Shown here in pieces: positions 1 to 13,625 of a stretch of DNA of 64,000 nt. This DNA is from Octopus sinensis (taxonomy: Eukaryota). The notes under the pieces were generated by a model. The model was not told where the DNA came from and searched no databases. It saw nothing but the letters and a program-made list of their open reading frames with translations. Location: the NCBI RefSeq assembly GCF_006345805.1, contig NC_042997.1:195114001-195178000 (forward strand), read 5' to 3'. Position numbers and translations under genes: made by a program. Position 1 is the stretch's first letter. Each line of letters starts with the position of its first letter.

Positions 1-154
1 TTCAGCAATGGCTGAACATTCAATATGTTGTCTTCGATAGTAGAGTCCAGGCCTAGTGGTCAGGGTGTTGCATTCACAATTCGAAGATTGTGATTTCAGT
101 GTTGAAATCCTCCCTCTCATATGTGACTCTTCTGTCCGAAGTCAATCGCCATGA

Positions 155-335
155 TAGATCGTTAGCCACTACACACATTTTTTTCTCTCCTTGTTTTTTC
201 TGTGTCCCTTTCTGTAAAAGAGCGTAGGCTCGAAACGTAAAAGACTTTTTCTACTCCTGAGCATTATACTAATACATCTGTTTGTTTTGTACACCACCTG
301 TCTTTGTCTTTTGCTTATTTCGTACTCTCCCTATA
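155..335 (+). mobile_element. Penelope-like non-autonomous repeat with degenerate hammerhead motif
   Basis: cttt-CTGTAAAA-GAGC gtag GCTC-GAAAC-GTA-aaag at 208-243, followed by (TA)n; homologous to 4935-5130 and 34060-34320. The PLE assignment is inferred from the motif. Confidence 0.6.
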
Positions 336-1125
336 TATATATATATATATATATATATTTCTTCGACAGGAGAGTCCAGGCTTAGTGGTCAGGGTGTTGC
401 ACTCACAATTCCAAGATTGTGATTTCAGTGTTGAACTGGACTGGTGGGACCAATGTTGTTGATGTTCAGCTTAAACAAACTAGGACCATGGTGGTGGTGG
501 TGGTGGGGGGAATAAGAAATGAGCTGGGAGGGACTTTATGGGTAGGAGGGATTAGGGCCAGTAGTTAATGAAAGGCATATGAAGGGCTACACATAAAATG
601 GATGATGAGAAATGAGGCAAATGATTGGATGCATTTGCACTGAGAAACAGGGGCCACTTATGCTTTTTCTGTTGTAGACATTATTATCATCATCAGTTAA
701 TGTCCATTTTTCCCATGCTCGTAAGGGTCAGATGGAATTTGTTGAGATAGGATTTCTATGGACAGGTTCCCTTCTTGTCACCGACCATCAGGCGATGGTC
801 TAGACAAGGGTGTACACACATGCACACACAATGGGCTTCTTTCAGTTTCCATCTAACTAATCCACTTACAAAGCTTTTGGCTGGTTTGAAGTTATAGTTG
901 AAGACATTAGCCCAAGGTATCACACAGTGAGACTGAACTGAAGTTCACACAGTTGGCTATCAGATTTTTAACCTGATAGCCACACCTGTACCTACCAGTA
1001 ACACACAGCCCGGTCCAGGATTCAAACTCACAACCTCATGACCGTAAGCTCAACGCTCTAATCACTGAGCCATGCACCTTCACTAATTTTATCAATTTAT
1101 ATATATATATATATATATATATCAT

Positions 1126-1390
1126 CAACATCATCATCATTTAACGTCCGTTTTCTATGCTAGCATGGGTTAGACGGTACGACCAGGGTCTGGTAAGCTA
1201 TGGAGGCTGCACCAGGCTCCAGTTTGATTTGGCAGTGTTTCTACAGCTGGATGCCCTTCCTAACGCCAACCACTCCATGAGTGTAGTGGGTGTTTTTATG
1301 TGCCACCGGCACTGGCCAGAGCAGGCTGGCAAACGGCCACGATCGGTTGGTGCTTTTACGTGTCACCGACACGGACGCCAGTCAGGCGGC
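1126..1390 (-). mobile_element. RTE 3'UTR fragment
   Basis: (CAT)n then ttaacgtccg...gctagcatgggtt...ggatgcccttcctaacgccaaccactcc. Confidence 0.85.
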
Positions 1391-1820
1391 ACATATATAC
1401 ATACATACACACACACACACAAATACAATGGGGTGCTGAAAAGTTCTTGGCTCCAAGGGTATCACAAAAGGCCTGGTTGGAGGCCCAACCTTCTGAGTTC
1501 TTCTATAGAGCTTAGGAAAACTGAAAGACAGCTGCAGTAGGTGTGTGAATTTGAGAAGGGGATAGTTGAATAAAATGTAAAATTGTTTTTATTATAAATA
1601 ACTGAACATAGAGAATAAATAAATATACAAACATAAACAATAAGCATATCCATAAATTGATAAACAAATATGAAATATATATATATAAATATATATATTT
1701 CATATATATATATATACACACACATACTCACGTGTATATGTATATATATATACACACACACATAAACACATACTCATGTGTACATATATATATACACACA
1801 TGTGTGTTTGTATATATATA

Positions 1821-2718
1821 TCATCATCATCATCATCATCATCGTTTAACGTCCGCTTTCCATGCTAGCATGGGTTGGACGGTTCAACTGGGGTCTGGCA
1901 AGCTCGAAGGCTGCACCAGGCCAGTCAGATCTGGCAGTTGTTTTACAGCTGGATGCCCTTCCTAACGCCAACCACTCCGAGAGTGTAGTGGGTGATTTTA
2001 TGTGCCACCGACACAGTGCCAGACGAGGCTGGCAGACGGCCACACTCGGATGGTGTTTTCTTATGTGGCCACCGACACAGGTGCCAGACGAGGCTGGTGA
2101 ACGGCCATGCTCGGATGGTGTTTGTTACGTGCCCTCAGCACGGAGGCCAGTCAATGCGGTACTGGCTATGGTCACATTCGGATGGTTTTCTTATGTGCCA
2201 CGGGCACTGGTACCACAAGGATACAAATTCCATGATGTTCATCTATTTGATTTGGTTTGATTTGATTTGATTGATTTGATTTTCACTGCCTCAACAGGTC
2301 TTCACAAGTGTCACAAGAAGGAAGGTATGCACAGGTGGACTGACTATGTCCCAGGTAGGGGCACGGGTTATGGCTTCACTAGTCTTGCCGGGTCTTCTCA
2401 CGCACAGCATACTTCCATAGGTCTCGGTCTCTATTCATTTCCATGGTGAGACCCAACGTTCGAAGGTCGTGCTTCCACCTCATCCCAGGTTTTCCTGGGT
2501 CTACCTCTTCCACGGGTTCCCTCAACTGCTAGGGATTGGCACTTTCTCACACACCTATCTTCATCCATTCTCGCCACATGACCATACCAGCGCATCATCT
2601 CTCTTGCACACCACAACTGATGCTTCTTAGGTACAACATTTCTCTCAAGGTACTAACGCTCTGTCGAGTAAGTACACTGACATTACACATCCATCGGAGC
2701 ATACTGGCTTCATTCCTC
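1821..2718 (-). mobile_element. RTE LINE 3' end (end of ORF plus full 3'UTR), same family as 23835-27440
   Basis: Minus strand encodes NEASMLRWMCNVSV...RWYGHVARMDEDRCVRKC...GRGRPRKTWDEV, followed by the same UTR, (TCAAA)n and (GAT)n tail. Confidence 0.93.
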
Positions 2719-2897
2719 ATATAATATATATATAGGCATAGGAGTGGCTGTGTGGTAAGTAGCTTGCTTACGAACCACATGGTTCCGGGGTTCAGTCCCA
2801 CTGTGTGGCACCTTGGGCAAGTGTCTTCTACTATAACCTCGGGCCAACCAAAGCCTTGTGAGTGGATTTGGTAGACGGAAACTGAAAGAAGCTCGTC

Positions 2898-3404
<507 letters not shown>

Positions 3405-3405
<1 letters not shown>

Positions 3406-3792
3406 TGTGTGTGTGTATGTTTGTATATATATATGTATATATATCTGTGTGTGTATGTGTGTGTGTATGTATATATGTGTGTGTATGTATATATGTGTGT
3501 GTATGTATATATGTGTGTGTATATACATATGTGTGTGTGTGTGTATACATATGTGTGTGTGTGTATATACATATGTGTGTGTGTGTATATACATATGTGT
3601 GTGTGTGTATATACATATGTGTGTGTGTGTATATACATACGTGTGTGTGTGTATATACATATGTGTGTGTGTGTATATACATATGTGTGTGTGTGTATAT
3701 ATACATACGTGTGTGTGTGTATATACATACGTGTATGTGTGTATATATACATGTGTGTGTGTATATATGTATGTATGTATGTATATATATTT
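3405..3792. repeat. Compound (TG)n/(TA)n microsatellite with about 20-22 bp higher-order period
   Basis: Repeated gtgtgtgtgtgtatatacatat; source of the spurious ORFs 3039-3851. Confidence 0.95.
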
Positions 3793-4055
3793 ATAGTACC
3801 AAATGTCATGCTGCCAGTGTCAGTACAATGAGATACAAAGGCGACCTTTGAACTATCAGACTATCAAAGCTGATTGTCACCTGCTGATAAGTTAGAATTT
3901 TGTGTAGCATTTGGTAGTGTTCTTGTGAATTCACAGGGCACCTTCTAACGAGTTTACATTGTGAAAGTGTAATCTGTTTGTTTTCCAGGGCCTTCAAGAA
4001 GTTGTTCTCTACATTTAGACTGGTAAGAAATTTGATTAAATTTCCTTTAAAGTAA

Positions 4056-4110
<55 letters not shown>

Positions 4111-4224
4111 TCTCTCTCTCTCTCTCTCTAATATGTTGTATTTTCTTTTACTTGTTTCACTCATATGATTGTCACCATGCTGGGGCACTACTTTGAAATG
4201 TTTAGTGAACAAATTGCGAACAAT

Positions 4225-4665
4225 AGGCGTAGGAGTGGCTGTGTGGTAAGTAGCTTGCTTACCAACCACATGGTTCCGGGGTTCAGTCCCACTGCATGGC
4301 ACCTTGGGCAAGTGTCTTCTACTATAGCCTCGGGTCGACCAAAGCCTTGTGAGTGGATTTGGTAGACGGAAACTGAAAGAAGCCCGTTGTATATATGTGT
4401 ATGTGTATGTATATATATATGTATGTGTATGTATGTATATATATGTATGTGTATATATATATGTGTGTGTGCGTATATGTTTGTGTGTCTGTGTTTGTCC
4501 CCACCAGCATCACTTGACAACCCATGCTGGCAAAGAGACCAATAGAATAATTACTAAGCTTACAAAAAATAAGTCCTGGGGTCGATTTGCTCGACTAAAG
4601 GTGGTGCTCCAGCATGGCCACAGACAAATGACTGAAACAAGTGAAAGAGTAAGAGTAAAAGAGTA
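4225..4665 (+). mobile_element. tRNA-derived SINE family A (full copy with central microsatellite)
   Basis: Head ggcgtaggagtggctgtgtggtaag...gggttcagtccc, body ccttgggcaagtgtcttctactatagcc...gaaagaagccc, (TG/TA)n, tail ...cagcatggccacag...gactgaaacaagt. About 20 copies or fragments, e.g. 2734-2899(+), 14600-14770(+), 19870-20090(+), 20545-20890(-), 43010-43165(+), 52205-52570(-), 55515-55680(+), 60540-60850(+). Confidence 0.9.
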
Positions 4666-4934
4666 AATTTATTCTGGTACTTATTCTATCAAGGATGTAA
4701 ACAAACCGACACTGTCAAGTGGTGGTGGGACAAATATGCACACAAAGATACACATACTCAAACACACACATATGTTCAACAGGCTTCCATGCAGTTTCTA
4801 TCAAGTTCACTTACAAAACATCAGTTGACCTAGGGCTGTAGAAGACACTTGCTCTATGTGCCATACACAATTCCACATGGTTGTAGAGCAAGCTTCTTAA
4901 CCACACAGCTATGCGTATATATATATATATTCGC

Positions 4935-5130
4935 TAGCTTCTGCATGCATTTTTTTTCTCTCCTTGTTTCTCTCCGTGTTTCTTTTCTGTGTATCTTTCT
5001 GTTGAAGAGCGTAGGCTCGAAACATAAAAGACTTGTTTTATTTATATTCCTGAGCGCTATACTAATACAATTGTTTGTTTGTATTCCACCTGCCTTCGTC
5101 TTTTGATTATTTTCATAAAGCTTCCCGTTT
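4935..5130 (+). mobile_element. Penelope-like repeat with degenerate hammerhead motif, copy 2
   Basis: cttt-CTGTTGAA-GAGC gtag GCTC-GAAAC-ATA-aaag at 4995-5030. Confidence 0.6.
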
Positions 5131-5629
5131 ATAATATATATTATATATATATATTATTATATATATAATATTATCAACAAATCAAATTGCGATAAAATAA
5201 AAATAATTATAATCGCTGGTATTACTAACACAAGCCATATATTTTTCATATATCAGTACATTAAGGCGAAATATGTGCTAGGAATACAGAAGCTTGATAA
5301 ATTAAGTGAAATGAAGATAAAAACATTTACTAAACCGGTAATTCTCAGACTGCAGTTTCTTTCTTTTCAGCAATAAAGATAATTTATTTGCCCAGGGAGA
5401 ATTCTTCAGTGAGACCCTGTTTTTCTGGGATCCTAACTCACTAGAAGCATGTGCGTCTAATGAATTACTCTCCCTAACTAATCATATCACTGCGCAGACT
5501 CCGAACGTCCCAACAACACTAGGGAATTCTGGTATATCGCCTGGCGCTCATAATTTATCGAGAAATATTCAACAAATCAAATTGCGATAAAATTAATTAA
5601 AAATAATTATAATCGCTGGTATTACTAAC

Positions 5630-6207
<578 letters not shown>

Positions 6208-6209
<2 letters not shown>

Positions 6210-6730
6210 CATCATCATTGTTTAACGTCTGCTTTCCATGCTAGCATGGGTTGGACAATTTGACCGCGGGCTGGCGAACCAGATGGCTGCACCAGGCTCA
6301 TATCTTGATTTGGCAGAGTTTCTACAGCTTGATGCCCTTCCTAACACCAACCACTCCAAGAGTGTAGTGGGTGCTTTTACATGCCACCGGCACGGGGGGG
6401 GGGCAGTCAACGACCTTGCAATGACCTCGCTCAAATCTTTTTACACATGCCACCGGCACAGGTGCCAGTAAGGTGATGCTGGTAATGATCACTCTCAAAT
6501 GGTGTCTTTTACATGTCACCGGCACGGAAGCCAGTTAGCCGCTCTGGTAACGATCATGCTCAGATGGTGCTTTTAGCACCCTACTTGCATGGGGCTCAAG
6601 TGCCAGTAAGGTGATGCTGGTAACGATCATACTCAAATGGTGCCTTTTATGTGCCACTGGCACGGAAGCCAGTTAGCTGCTCTGTCAACGATCACACTTG
6701 TATGGTGATCTTTGCACCCCGCTAGCACGG
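6208..6730 (-). mobile_element. RTE 3'UTR fragment, subfamily 2
   Basis: (CAT)n tail, gatgcccttcctaacaccaaccactcc motif and about 50-bp internal repeats. Confidence 0.85.
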
Positions 6731-6825
6731 ATATATATATATTAGAAAGTAAAAGCAGGAAAAATTATATCATAAAAACCACAGTAGAGTTACACCCATA
6801 ATATAAATAATATTGTATTAATAAA

Positions 6826-8700
6826 TCTCTTATTATAAAAGGCAGATTTTATCTGCCTCCCTTTGTCAGTTATAGAAATCTACAATATAGGATTTCTTCA
6901 ATTACAATTTACCTAGCATTTTTAAGAGTAGAATGCATCGAGTCATGCCAGGTCCAGTTTTTAAAATTTAAACTCCAATTAAGCAAAATTTACAGAAAAC
7001 TCACATTCTGGTGTGTATGTCAAATGCTTTTCTTAATGTGGTTTACACCACACGCACACACACAGTGTGCAACGAATAAAGTGAAAGTAATTCACTGTGT
7101 GTGTTGACAGGTAGACAATAGAATGCGATGGCGATGGCGATGTAATATTTGTTTCTGTCTATCACGCTGATAGATACATGAGTAAAATGTATGGCAAGCT
7201 AAGAGATAAGAGTGAGTGAAAATGTTCTTGGAAGAGAGTAAATAGCGACAGTGATTTGAGGAAGACTAAACTGAAAGTATTTCTATAAAACGGATCACTC
7301 ATGCTATCAACATAATTTCTCCCACTTTCTCTTTGCAAGTGTACCTTAAACCACTACTCAAAAAATAAAAAAACACAGCAAACAGAAACAAATAAATACA
7401 TAACGATTTACTCCTCACACAATTTCTTCAATTAGAGTTTACCTAAGATTTTTCAAAGTACTACATTCGGTCATGCCATAACAAATTTCTTTCAATTTCA
7501 CCCCCAATTAAGACAAAATTCGAGAAAACTCAATATTTTAACATTTCACTCCGAAAGCATTGATGTACATGTGTGCGTGCGTGAGTGTGTGTGTGTGTGT
7601 GTTTGATGGGTTGTGCAATGCAGAAAGTGTGGTGTGTATGTGAAGTGCTTTTGTTAGTGTGTGTAAAGAGACAGAGAGAGTGAAAGACAGAAATAACTGA
7701 ACTTTTTTTATTCACTTTTTGTAGTGAGTGACTGAGAGAGAAAAGAGAGAGGTTATGTATGTATATATGTATGTATGGCTTCAGTGACACACACACACAA
7801 AAACACATACCTACATACACCTAAAGCACGCACACACACACACACAAGCGGAGCGCGAACTTCAAAATTTTGGTAGTATTAATTTGCGAGCGTACTTCTA
7901 AGCACGCGTAATTGAAAGTTTTCACTATGATATCATCACGTGCGAAAAAATTTGAAGGGTTTTGAACAGTTGAGATACAGATGTCACGCCTGTATTGAAA
8001 CCATTGCTAAGCTGCCGTAATTGCTTAATTAAGACTTTGTTTAAATTGAAAGGGGCAAATATGTGACGAGGTTGAAAAAAAATACCCCAGAAAAAAAAAT
8101 GTATTGCTGGTATTTATATAATTCACTACTATTTTGCTACAATGTCATGAAAAAGAAAAAATTTAGGTATGTACAACATATATTATACATTTTTTCTATT
8201 CATTCAACGAAAATAAAAAAATCGAATTCGCCACCCCCTTTTCCCCGTTCGCGTTTGTGTAAAAAAAATTATTATTTAAGTTTTAAAAATTATTTACTTT
8301 GTTCAAAAAATATTAATATTAATTAATTTTCAAGAATTATTTAATTTTATTCTGTAAAATAGTAATTAATTCATTTATCTGTAAATCCGCGAGGTTGTTA
8401 CTCAGGCACCTAGAAATAGCAGCCAGATTTTTATATTCTAAATAATTTGCAATTTCAAAAAATATATTAATTTTGCGTTATTTAATTTGATAAATTCTAC
8501 GGAATAATTTTGCACGTTATATACGTTCGCGTTTCTGTAAAAAAAAGTAATTATTTAAGGGCGATCGAGTACCTACGTCTGGCTCGCACGCGCGAATCCG
8601 CGTGTGCGCAACCGGGACCACTCTGCGATACAAGTACCCATATATACATCCATACATACATGTGTGTGTGTGTCTATGTATGTGTATTAATGTGTGTGTG
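6826..8700 (+). mobile_element. Probable Helitron-derived block (5' end plus internal sequence)
   Basis: A|TCTCTTATTATAAAAGGCAG at 6826 resembles Helitron 5' ends. CpG-rich islands at 7830-8060 and 8560-8630, and a 10-bp GC hairpin at 8585-8608. Confidence 0.4.
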
Positions 8701-8703
8701 TTA

Positions 8704-9061
8704 TCTCTATATAAAGCTAAAGTTGTCTGTGTGCGCCACGTTTGGTAACCTTCAACTAACACTATCTCCTCCGAGACCCTGCGGCGCAAGTTGACCAAAA
8801 TTGAGAGTATGATAGAAGAAGGGTTGCTCTTCCTTCTGTAGAACATAAAATTCAAATCGGACCATGTTAACACCAAAAATTATTTACATCAAAAAGATGC
8901 TTTTTTCTATGAAAATCCCTATTTTTTACGATTTTTTCACTGCTGTGTCGCCACTTTTCGGTGTATTTCGACCAGAAAAATGTTCACAAAATTTTTACTT
9001 TTCAAAATTACAATTCCAGCGGGTCGAAACAAACCCGAGCAATGCCGGGCGATACTGCTAG
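8704..9061 (+). mobile_element. Non-autonomous Helitron
   Basis: 5' A|TCTCTATATAAAG; 3' hairpin CCCGAGC-AAT-GCCGGG (9034-9049), 8 nt, then CTAG|T. No TSD. Confidence 0.8.
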
Positions 9062-9264
9062 TAAATACATAAAGTATAACTATGATTATAAACATTTGAG
9101 AGATCTTACGATCATTTCATGAATATACTGCCTTTCAAAATGAAATCCAAAGTAGATAACCATTATTAGGAAGTACATCCACTCATCAGAGAAAAGGATG
9201 AATTTCCATGTAGTAGGTTGAATGATAGAGATGCTATTTAAAATCATATGATAAAAGTGTTGTT

Positions 9265-9296
<32 letters not shown>

Positions 9297-9810
9297 TGTA
9301 CACAAGGTGACTGTGCTAAGCAGTGATGCTGAAAGCATATTTGAACTCATTAGAAAGGTGTTCATTGTATTTTGTCATGGAGAAAATTTCTCACTGTTGA
9401 CATCCAACCAAACTGTAGGATGCACGCATTTCACAGTGGTTATTTTTTCTTCAGCACCAGAAACCGGAAAGCTAGATGCTGTGAACTGACATGGAAGACA
9501 GGGCACCCCTTATTATATTCCTGTCATTCAATGACTGGTTGGTTGCACTATTCAGTGTCTGGCCCCCCTTATTATATTCTGTCATTCAATGACTGGTTGG
9601 TTGCACTATTCAGTGGCTCACCGTAAATAAAATATGTAGCGTGATGTGTATAGATACAAGTAATGTGCATGGATAAGCAGTGATGTGTATAGATACAAAC
9701 TTGCTCATTTAACTTTTTTTTTTTTGCTAAACTACCAGACCATGAAGCTGCTTTTCCTGTCGGCACTATTACATGTCAATTTTCTCATGAATAATTTTCC
9801 TGGTTTCTAT

Positions 9811-9811
<1 letters not shown>

Positions 9812-9847
<36 letters not shown>

Positions 9848-10021
9848 CAAGGCCATGTAGGGGGAGATGGAATCAAGTACAGGGTGGTGTTCATGTAAAG
9901 AGTTCAGGCCTCTTGAGGTCAAGGGAGACCTTGAACAAAGCTGTCGTCGGCATCTTCACCATCTCGTCTGGCAGCTTGTTCCACGGATCTGCAACCCGGA
10001 CGGAGAAAGCTCCGTCATTTC
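9812..10021 (-). mobile_element. CR1-type LINE 3' end with (CTAA)n tail
   Basis: Minus strand GAFSVRVADPWNKLPDEMVKMPTTALFKVSLDLKRPELFT*, a typical CR1 C-terminus. Confidence 0.85.
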
Positions 10022-10136
10022 CTGCTATTGAAATTTGTTGGGGTTTTGGTTCAGATGTTATATGTCTTCTTGAATTATGTTTGTATGAAATGTTTTGACC
10101 TAATAAATGTGATTTTAGGTACCTAAACTCATACTT

Positions 10137-10592
10137 ACCTTGAAATCAAACTTGGTGACTGGCATCTGTTGCTAGTGGAGCACTAAGAGTACCATACGAG
10201 TGAGATCGTTGCCAGAGCAACAAGTTGGCTTTCGTGCTGATGGCATGTTAAACACACCATTTGAGCGTGATCGTTACCGTGTTGCCTTACTAGCACTTGT
10301 GCTGGTGGCACATGAAAGATTCGAGCGAGGTCATCGCCAGTGCCGCTAGACTGGCTCCTGTGCAGGTGGCACATAAAAAGCACTATTTGGGCGTGGCCAT
10401 TGCCTGTACCACCAAACTGGCCCTTATGCCGGTGGCATGTAAAAGCACCCACTACACTCTCGAAGTGGTTGGTGTTAGGAAGGGCATCCAGCTGTAGAAA
10501 CTCTGCCAGATCAGATTGAAGTCTGGTTTGCCAGATCTCAGTCAAATCATCCAACCCATGTTAGCATGGAAGGCAGACGTTAAATGATGATG
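10137..10592 (+). mobile_element. RTE 3'UTR fragment, subfamily 2
   Basis: Near-identical to 50170-50670; ends gcatggaaggcagacgttaaatgatgatg. Confidence 0.85.
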
Positions 10593-10624
10593 TAGTCTTT
10601 TTGAGAATACGAAAACATATGGAT

Positions 10625-11005
10625 GGAAGCACTCCTTCGGTTACGACGATGAGGGTTCCGGTTGATCCAATCAACGGAACAGCCTGCTCGTGAAATTAAC
10701 GTGTAAGTGGCTGAGCACTCCACAGACACATGTACCCTTAACGCAGTTCTCGGGGATATTCAGTGTGACACAGAGAGTGACAAGGCCGGCCCTTTCAAAT
10801 ACAGGTACAACAGAAACAGGAAGTAAGAGTGAGAGAAAGTTGTGGTGAAAGAGTACAGCAGGGATCACCACCATCCCTGCCGGAGCCTCATGGAGCTTTA
10901 GGTGTTTTCGCTCAATAAACACTCACAACGCCCGGTCTGGGAATCGAAACCGCGATCCTACGACCGCGAGTCCGCTGCCCTAACCACTGGGCCATTGTGC
11001 CTCCA
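10625..11005 (-). mobile_element. tRNA-derived SINE family C
   Basis: Head ggcacaatggcccagtggttaggg...ggtttcgattccc; 3' part gggccggccttgtcac...gtggagtgctcagccact is shared with 42412-42730. Confidence 0.85.
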
Positions 11006-11614
11006 CACGAAAACATATACAATAGGCACAGGGATAGCTGTGTGGTTAAGATGTTTGCTTCTCAGTCACATGATAGTAGGTTCAGTCCCACAGCATAGTA
11101 CCTTCAGCAAAGTGTCTTTTTTTTTTGACATCTTTTTTTTCTTTTACTTGCTTCAGTCATTAGACTATGGCCATGCTGGGGCACTGCCTTTGAAGAATTT
11201 CAGTCAAATGAATTGACCCCAGTGCTTAATTTTTTTTTAAAACCTGGTACTTATTTTATTGATATCTTCTGTGAAACTGCTAAGTTACAGGGACATAAAC
11301 ACATCAGCACCGGTTGTCAAGTGATGATGGGGGACAGACATACACACATAACCATATATAAATATATATATATACACATACATGCATATATATATGATGG
11401 GCGTCTATCAAATCCACTCACAAAACTTTAATCAACCCATGGCTATAGTAGAAGACACTTTCCCAAGGTATCACACAGTGAGACTGAACCTGGAACTATG
11501 TGGTTGAGAAGAAAACTTCATATCCCACAGCTATACCTAAACAAGCTTCAATATCATGCAAGCAATTTCCTTTGTTTTTCACTCTTCCATGAAAATATAT
11601 CCACGATCATCATT

Positions 11615-12252
11615 ATCATCATTTAACATCTATTGTCCATGCTGGCATGTGTTAGACAGTTTGACCAGGGTTAGCAAGCTGGAAGGCTGCACCAGACTCC
11701 AGTTTGATTTGGCATGGTTTTCTATGGCTGGATACCCTTCCTAACACCAACCACTCCGAGAGTGTAATGGGTGTTTTTACATCCAACCAGCATGGGTGCC
11801 ATTTGCGTGACACCAGTATCTGCCATGACTGTAATTTTGCTCAGCTTCAGGGGTCTTCTTCTCAAGCATGGCATAATGCCAAAAGTCTTGGTCATTTGTC
11901 AGTGCCTCTGTGAGGCCAAACACTTGAAAGGTGCTCTTTACATACCACTGGCATCAAACACTTTGCCTCCATGAGGCCGAATGCTCGAAAGGTGCTTTTT
12001 ACGTGCCACTGGCACAAATGCCAGTTACGTGACACCAGCATTGGCCACGACTACGATTTCACTTGGCTTAACAGGTCTTCTCAAGTATAGCATATCAACA
12101 ATGGTCTTGGTTATTAGTCATTGCCTCCATGAAGCCCAAAGTTTGAAGATCATGCTTCACCACCTCATCCGATGTCTTTCTGGGTCTACCTCTACCACAG
12201 GTTCCCTCCACAGTTAGAGATCAGTACTTCTTTACACAGCTGTCCTCATCCA
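11615..12252 (-). mobile_element. Older RTE 3' end (ORF end plus UTR)
   Basis: Minus strand gives EGTCGRGRPRKTSDEVVKHDLQTL, then a UTR with the conserved motif. A related copy lies at 57020-57410. Confidence 0.8.
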
Positions 12253-12380
12253 GCCTTGGAGAAATATTATCTTGCTTGGAAACTGGATGAGGGTGGGTGA
12301 CAGGGAGAGCATCCACTCATAGAAAATCTGCCTCAATAGATTTCCTCTGACCCATGCAGACATGGAAAAGTGGACATTAA

Positions 12381-12601
12381 CCCTTTAGCATTTAAACCGG
12401 CCATATCTGGCCAAAAGTATTCTGCCTGTTTTAGGTTCAAACTGGCCAGATCTGGTCTCTTACACCAACCCTGCACTATCATTTTAAAAATTAACAGCTA
12501 CCTCATCAAAATCTCATAGCTACAAGATAATGCATGATTAGTTCAAAACAATGGGGATAAAAAAGCATTAATTATGATAGAATAATGTGAACACTAAAGG
12601 G
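12381..12601. mobile_element. piggyBac-type MITE
   Basis: TTAA|CCCTTTAG ... CTAAAGGG|TTAA. Confidence 0.85.
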
Positions 12602-13407
12602 TTAAAATGATGATTCTGAATCAGGAAGATTAGTAAGGGGATATTTTTTAATGTCATTCGAGTGTCAAATTGTAAGTGCATAACAACCTGGAGTGTGTGT
12701 ATAAGAACCTGTGGTTGGTGTATATATTCGCTGAGTACAATAAGCAATCTTTAATTCATATAATTCTATAATTCATTAATGTTTTTATACACAAGTGGTA
12801 TTTGATTAACCTTTGGTTACTATATTTCTGTTGAAATACATTGACATTGCTTTTGTTTCAATTAATTTTTTAAATAATGAAATCATCATCATCATCGTTT
12901 AACGTCGGCTTTCCATGCTAGCATGGGTTGGCTGGTTCGACCGGGGCCTGGGAAGCCAGGAGGCTGCACCAGGCTCCAGTCTGATCTGGCAGTGTTTCTA
13001 CAGCTGGATGCCCTTCCTAACGCCAACCACTCCGTGAATGTAGTGGGTGCTTTTTATGTGCCACCAGCACGGGTGTCGGGGAGGCTGGCAATGGCCACGA
13101 TCGGTTGGTGCCTTTTATGTGCCACCTGCACGGAAGCCGGTCAAGGCGGCACTGGCATCAGCCCTGATCGGTTGGTGCTTTTTACGTGCCACCAGCACAG
13201 GTATCACAATTACAATTTCGTGATAACTGTGCCAGTGGAACTCTCATTATTAAATTAGTGTCTGGAAAAAATTAACTTAAAATTTTGATGGAAGATTATA
13301 ATTTAGATCCCTTGTAAACAGTGAGTGTATATCATAGAACCAGAGGCGGTCTCAGGTGGGTTGGTATCAAAAGGGTAAGGGTTTTGCTCTTTTATACACA
13401 TTTTTTG

Positions 13408-13625
13408 GTGGTGAGCTGGCAGAAACATTAGCGCGCCGGGCGAAATGCTTAGCAGTATTTTGTCTGTCATTACGTCTTGAGTTCAAATTCCGCTGGGGTC
13501 GACTTTGCCTTTCATCCTTTCAGGGTCGATAAATAAAGTACCAGTTACGCATTGGGGTTGATGTTATCGACTTAATCCCTTTGTTTGTCTCCTCTATGTT
13601 TAGCCCTTTGTGGGCAATAAAGAAA
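13408..13625 (+). mobile_element. tRNA-derived SINE family B, monomer
   Basis: Head gagctggcagaaacattagc...gagttcaaattcc; central gggtcgactttgcctttcatcctttcagggtcgataaataaagtaccag (resembles the Nin-domain/Sauria SINE core, from memory); tail cccttgtgggcaataaagaaat. Other monomers or variants at 18225-18430, 43165-43400, 58958-59170, 61015-61205, 62016-62232, 63320-63495. Confidence 0.88.
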
